A DNA stretch of 24,000 bases from Miniphocaeibacter halophilus (GTDB lineage Bacteria; Bacillota; Clostridia; Tissierellales; Peptoniphilaceae). Each line of letters begins with the position of its first letter. The first letter of the stretch is position 1. The DNA is taken from assembly GCF_016458825.1 (NCBI RefSeq), contig NZ_CP066744.1, forward strand, positions 841,868 to 865,867, given 5' to 3'. Shown here in pieces: positions 20,979-24,000 of this stretch. Under the pieces are notes generated by a model. That model made no database searches and was not told the origin of the DNA. It saw only the letters and a list, made by a program, of their open reading frames with translations. Position numbers and translations under genes: made by a program.

Positions 20979-21124
20979 TAACATATCACTTCCTATAGAA
21001 TCTTTACTATTAGCATTAATTGTAGCCTGTTCAAACAATACCAGTATAACATTTCAAAGATATCCTTATATTACAAAACTCTAACAATTAATAAGAAATT
21101 ATTAAATATTTACAGTTTTTTACA

Positions 21125-22738
21125 GATTTTATTCTACTGTAGTTCTATTAAAGAAGGAGGTAAGTTCATGAAAAAGTATGAGCTTACACTATTTACATTC
21201 TATTGTAGTTCTATTAAAGTTATTAAGTCGTTAATTCAAAATCCCCCAAAAATGCATTTACATTCTATTGTAGTTCTATTAAAGGATAGATACCGACTCT
21301 ATAAATAGTCATGTCACCCATTTACATTCTATTGTAGTTCTATTAAAGGATAAGTTAAACCTGTTTATATTATTTTGTAAAATATTTACATTCTATTGTA
21401 GTTCCATTAAAGGAGGGAAGATAAATTTGTAAGAACTATTGAAAGAGAAATTTACATTCTATTGTAGTTCTATTAAAGGTTCTTTAATACCTTTAGAAGT
21501 ATTAGTGGGTTATGCAAATTTACATTCTACTGTAGTTCTATTAAAAGTTGGAGCCTGTTTCCGTCATATCTCGGTTTTCTATATTTACATTCTACTGTAG
21601 TTCTATTAAAAGAAGTTTATTTGTGAAGAACTAGCAAGCCTTATTTGTAATTTACATTCTACTGTAGTTCTATTAAAAGTAAATTACCTTGCTCCCACAT
21701 GTCCGAAACTTCAACATTTACATTCTACTGTAGTTCTATTAAAAGCATTTGTTTAGCACTACCTTGTTGCTCTTTCTCTAATTTACATTCTACTGTAGTT
21801 CTATTAAAAGTCGTTAGGAATTTTCATTTCTTCAAACATTCCCTTATTTACATTCTACTGTAGTTCTATTAAAAGTTCTTTCAGTCATTAAAATATTTAA
21901 ATGATTCTTTAATTTACATTCTACTGTAGTTCTATTAAAAGTATATTCAACCATAACTTCGGCAGAGTCGGGCAACATTTACATTCTACTGTAGTTCTAT
22001 TAAAAGGGAAAAAGTATCTATTGAAAAAAACGACTTTGAAATTGATTTACATTCTACTGTAGTTCTATTAAAAGCAAGCTTGCAAAGTATGTAAACCTTA
22101 AATATAAATATAATTTACATTCTACTGTAGTTCTATTAAAAGGCACCTGGTTTTAATAAAGTTGGCTTTTTGCCTGTTCCATTTACATTCTACTGTAGTT
22201 CTATTAAAAGGATTTTACGTTTCCCTCGTGTTTAGTGTTGAAGATATTTACATTCTACTGTAGTTCTATTAAAAGTCAGTAATTATATTTTCTAAACCAA
22301 TGCGGAAAAAATTTACATTCTACTGTAGTTCTATTAAAAGTTTAGTTACTATATATAGTAAAATATAGTTAATAAGTAAATTTACATTCTACTGTAGTTC
22401 TATTAAAAGAGACCCGTTATAGAAATGGGTTAAGATTAATATTAATTTACATTCTACTGTAGTTCTATTAAAAGTGATGTAATAGCTTTATATCCACCTA
22501 TATTCTTTTATTTACATTCTACTGTAGTTCTATTAAAAGGCGTTTTTAGCCTCTCCCGCTATGGCTGGGAATTTATATTTACATTCTACTGTAGTTCTAT
22601 TAAAAGAAAAGCATCTTTTATGGGTCGAGCAGCATAGCCAATATTTACATTCTACTGTAGTTCTATTAAAAGTGATTATTTGCGCGTTGCTTTCATTCAT
22701 TTCAAAATATTTACATTCTACTGTAGTTCTATTAAAAG
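21125..22738 (-). CRISPR. CRISPR array, 25 repeats of 30 nt and 24 spacers of 34-39 nt, transcribed on the minus strand
   Basis: The plus-strand consensus is ATTTACATTCTACTGTAGTTCTATTAAAAG. Repeat starts are 21125 (degenerate), 21191, 21256, 21320, 21384, 21450, 21518, 21583, 21650, 21716, 21781, 21846, 21912, 21977, 22045, 22113, 22181, 22246, 22311, 22380, 22445, 22510, 22577, 22643 and 22709. The 19 repeats from 21518 onward are identical. Those at 21191-21479 carry CTATTG in place of CTACTG and AAAGG/AAAGT in place of AAAAG. All spacers look unique. The minus-strand reading CTTTTAATAGAACTACAGTAGAATGTAAAT ends in ATGTAAAT, like Clostridial type I-B repeats. Repeat decay at the low-coordinate end and cas2/cas1 at the other end support the orientation. 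Confidence 0.97.
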
Positions 22739-22909
22739 ACGTTTCTTTTTAGCTATGAATTTCTCAACATTAAAACTATCTAATTTGTCGATATACTTAT
22801 ATTATACTAAAATTTACATTAATTAAAATCATATTTTTATTAAATGGCTATTTTCCGGTATTTATAGCTCCTGTCGTACAATCGATTTCCTTACACTATT
22901 CCTTATCGA
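22739..22909 (-). promoter_or_regulatory. CRISPR leader (AT-rich, between cas2 and the first repeat) with a possible promoter
   Basis: This 171-nt AT-rich non-coding stretch abuts the conserved end of the array. A minus-strand TATAAT (the complement of 22801-22806) lies about 60 nt upstream of the first repeat. The -35 is weak. Confidence 0.6.
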
Positions 22910-23188
22910 CTAAATTATATTGGATGTTTTATCATCTTCCATCGCCCAAAATTCCTTGTCTAACCATTTATTGCTCCTACTTTTAAAAATTACTATTGAA
23001 TCTTTATCTTTACGAATAAATGGCTTTAATTCCATTTTCAATTTTAATTCTTCTGCTCTGCTTAGCTCACCTTCAAATACCGATTTTTGTACATTTGTTA
23101 AATATTTTTTACAGATTTTAAAAATATTTCTATGAATTCTTGGACTTTTTTCATCTGTTTTTATATCGTATATTAATATTACATACAT
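22910..23188 (-). CDS. cas2: CRISPR-associated endoribonuclease Cas2
   Basis: The 92-aa product begins MYVILIYDI and contains VQKSVFEGELS, a typical Cas2 ferredoxin-fold signature. The gene lies directly between cas1 and the array. Confidence 0.92.
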   Translation of the reverse strand: MYVILIYDIKTDEKSPRIHRNIFKICKKYLTNVQKSVFEGELSRAEELKLKMELKPFIRKDKDSIVIFKSRSNKWLDKEFWAMEDDKTSNII

Positions 23189-23204
23189 AAGCTACCACCA
23201 AATT

Positions 23205-24000
23205 TTAAAACCTTCGTAATCTTTTTTCTCCTATTACACTTTTCATTAATTTATAACATTCCAGCCTTATCAAATATCTATATGATACTTCTCTTTTTAA
23301 ACCTTTGTGTTTCAACACTTTCTTTAATCTATTTTCATACTCTCCTAATAGTATTTTTAAACCTACATCTGTTAATTCCAATCCTCTAGACTTATCTATA
23401 AAATGAGATTTAGTTATTTGTTTTTTATTAAGCATAGAAAAAATCATTCTGTCCACTATTAATGGTTTGAAAATTTCTGCAATATCCAAGGCTAAGGAAA
23501 ATCTTTTATTTCCAGGTTCATGAAGAAAGCTAACTGTTGGATTTAATTGAGTTTTATAAATTTCACTTAATACTGTAGTATACATCATACTATTTAGAAA
23601 GGAAATTAAAGTATTAACCATATTATCCGGTGGTCTCTTCACTCTTTTTTCAAACTCTACATCCTGTTTTATTATTTTAGTCCATTGGTCGTAATAAATT
23701 TTTCTAATATTTCCCTCAATTCCCATTAATGAATTAATATTTTCCATTTCATCTATTTTTGAAATGAAGTACTCTATCTCAGACATAGCTACACTTAAGT
23801 CCACTTCTCTTTTATTATAATACCTAAGATTTCGATAAATATTTCTTGCTGCTGAGCAGACTATTTCTTTAGCTATTTTCATTCGTCTAGGTAAGTCTAT
23901 TTGTGTTTTAACTTGTTCTACTAATAAATAACCACTTACCTTACTTTCCCTTGGATAGTAACTTCCACTATAATATCCATAGTAATTAAAAACATTTAGA
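23205..24000 (-). CDS. cas1: CRISPR-associated integrase Cas1; 5' end runs off the window
   Basis: Cas1 motifs are present: RPPDNMVNTLISFLNSMMY, SFLHEPGNKRFSLALDIAEIFKPLIVDR and a C-terminal YLIRLECYKL. The frame stays open upstream of the track Met at 23882 (...FNYYGYYSGSYYPRESKVSGYLLVEQVKTQIDLPRR MKIAKE...), so the true start lies beyond position 24000. Confidence 0.92.
   Translation of the reverse strand, partial: LNVFNYYGYYSGSYYPRESKVSGYLLVEQVKTQIDLPRRMKIAKEIVCSAARNIYRNLRYYNKREVDLSVAMSEIEYFISKIDEMENINSLMGIEGNIRKIYYDQWTKIIKQDVEFEKRVKRPPDNMVNTLISFLNSMMYTTVLSEIYKTQLNPTVSFLHEPGNKRFSLALDIAEIFKPLIVDRMIFSMLNKKQITKSHFIDKSRGLELTDVGLKILLGEYENRLKKVLKHKGLKREVSYRYLIRLECYKLMKSVIGEKRLRRF

Noticed and set aside
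21168-21308. Small ORF of about 46 codons starting at the RBS+ATG in the oldest spacer and reading through three repeats
   Set aside because: The reading frame is made of CRISPR repeats and spacers. The RBS/ATG is best explained as captured protospacer sequence, not a resident gene.
22607-22617. 11-nt identity (AAAAGCATCTT) between a spacer and the terminator at 15625-15635, a possible self-target
   Set aside because: The match covers only 11 of 36 nt in AT-rich sequence. That is far below what is needed for interference, so it is most likely chance.
22561-22752. 63-aa plus-strand ORF (MAGNLYLHSTVVLLK... with a reiterated YLHSTVVLLK)
   Set aside because: It lies entirely inside the CRISPR array. 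The peptide periodicity is just the translated 30-nt repeat, so it is an artefact.
21125-24000. Possibility of a type II system or tracrRNA, or firm subtype assignment
   Set aside because: Only cas1 and cas2 are visible, and I noticed no anti-repeat outside the array. The repeat length, spacer lengths and the ATGTAAAT repeat end point to type I-B, but the effector genes lie beyond the window. The subtype therefore remains an inference.

Overview
This is a low-GC, Firmicutes-type chromosomal segment. The CWB2 wall-anchor repeats and the Clostridial-style CRISPR repeat suggest Clostridia or Tissierellia. Contents from left to right: (1) the promoter-proximal part of an OpuC-type osmoprotectant ABC transporter operon on the minus strand (CBS-domain ATPase, one permease, and the start of a second permease whose 3' end runs off the window); (2) cca; (3) a licT-bglP-bglA beta-glucoside operon behind a promoter, a RAT and an attenuator terminator; (4) a tightly coupled seven-cistron minus-strand operon (15375 down to 8282) encoding a LevR-like PRD regulator, a FrlC-like TIM-barrel epimerase, mannose-family PTS EIIA/EIIB/EIIC/EIID and a FrlB-like double-SIS deglycase, which looks like an Amadori-compound (fructoselysine-type) utilisation locus; (5) a GntR regulator followed by a CWB2-anchored M15 peptidase gene on the minus strand; (6) a divergent YhaM/CyuA-like cysteine desulfidase family gene; (7) a small cupin gene; (8) two orphan hypothetical genes; (9) a 25-repeat CRISPR array transcribed on the minus strand, with leader, cas2 and a cas1 whose 5' end runs off the window. 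I do not see an unambiguous new multi-gene system. The most unusual points are as follows. The LevR-like regulator appears to have lost its sigma-54 contact loop and Walker B and is the first cistron of its own operon. Two genes (the deglycase and the wall-anchored peptidase) are each broken by a single-base change in an A/T homopolymer, which could be phase variation, decay or assembly error. The CRISPR array has a sharp switch between two repeat variants. A very AT-rich pair of orphan genes lies next to the CRISPR trailer. All calls come from reading the sequence and ORF translations by eye; no database search was run.
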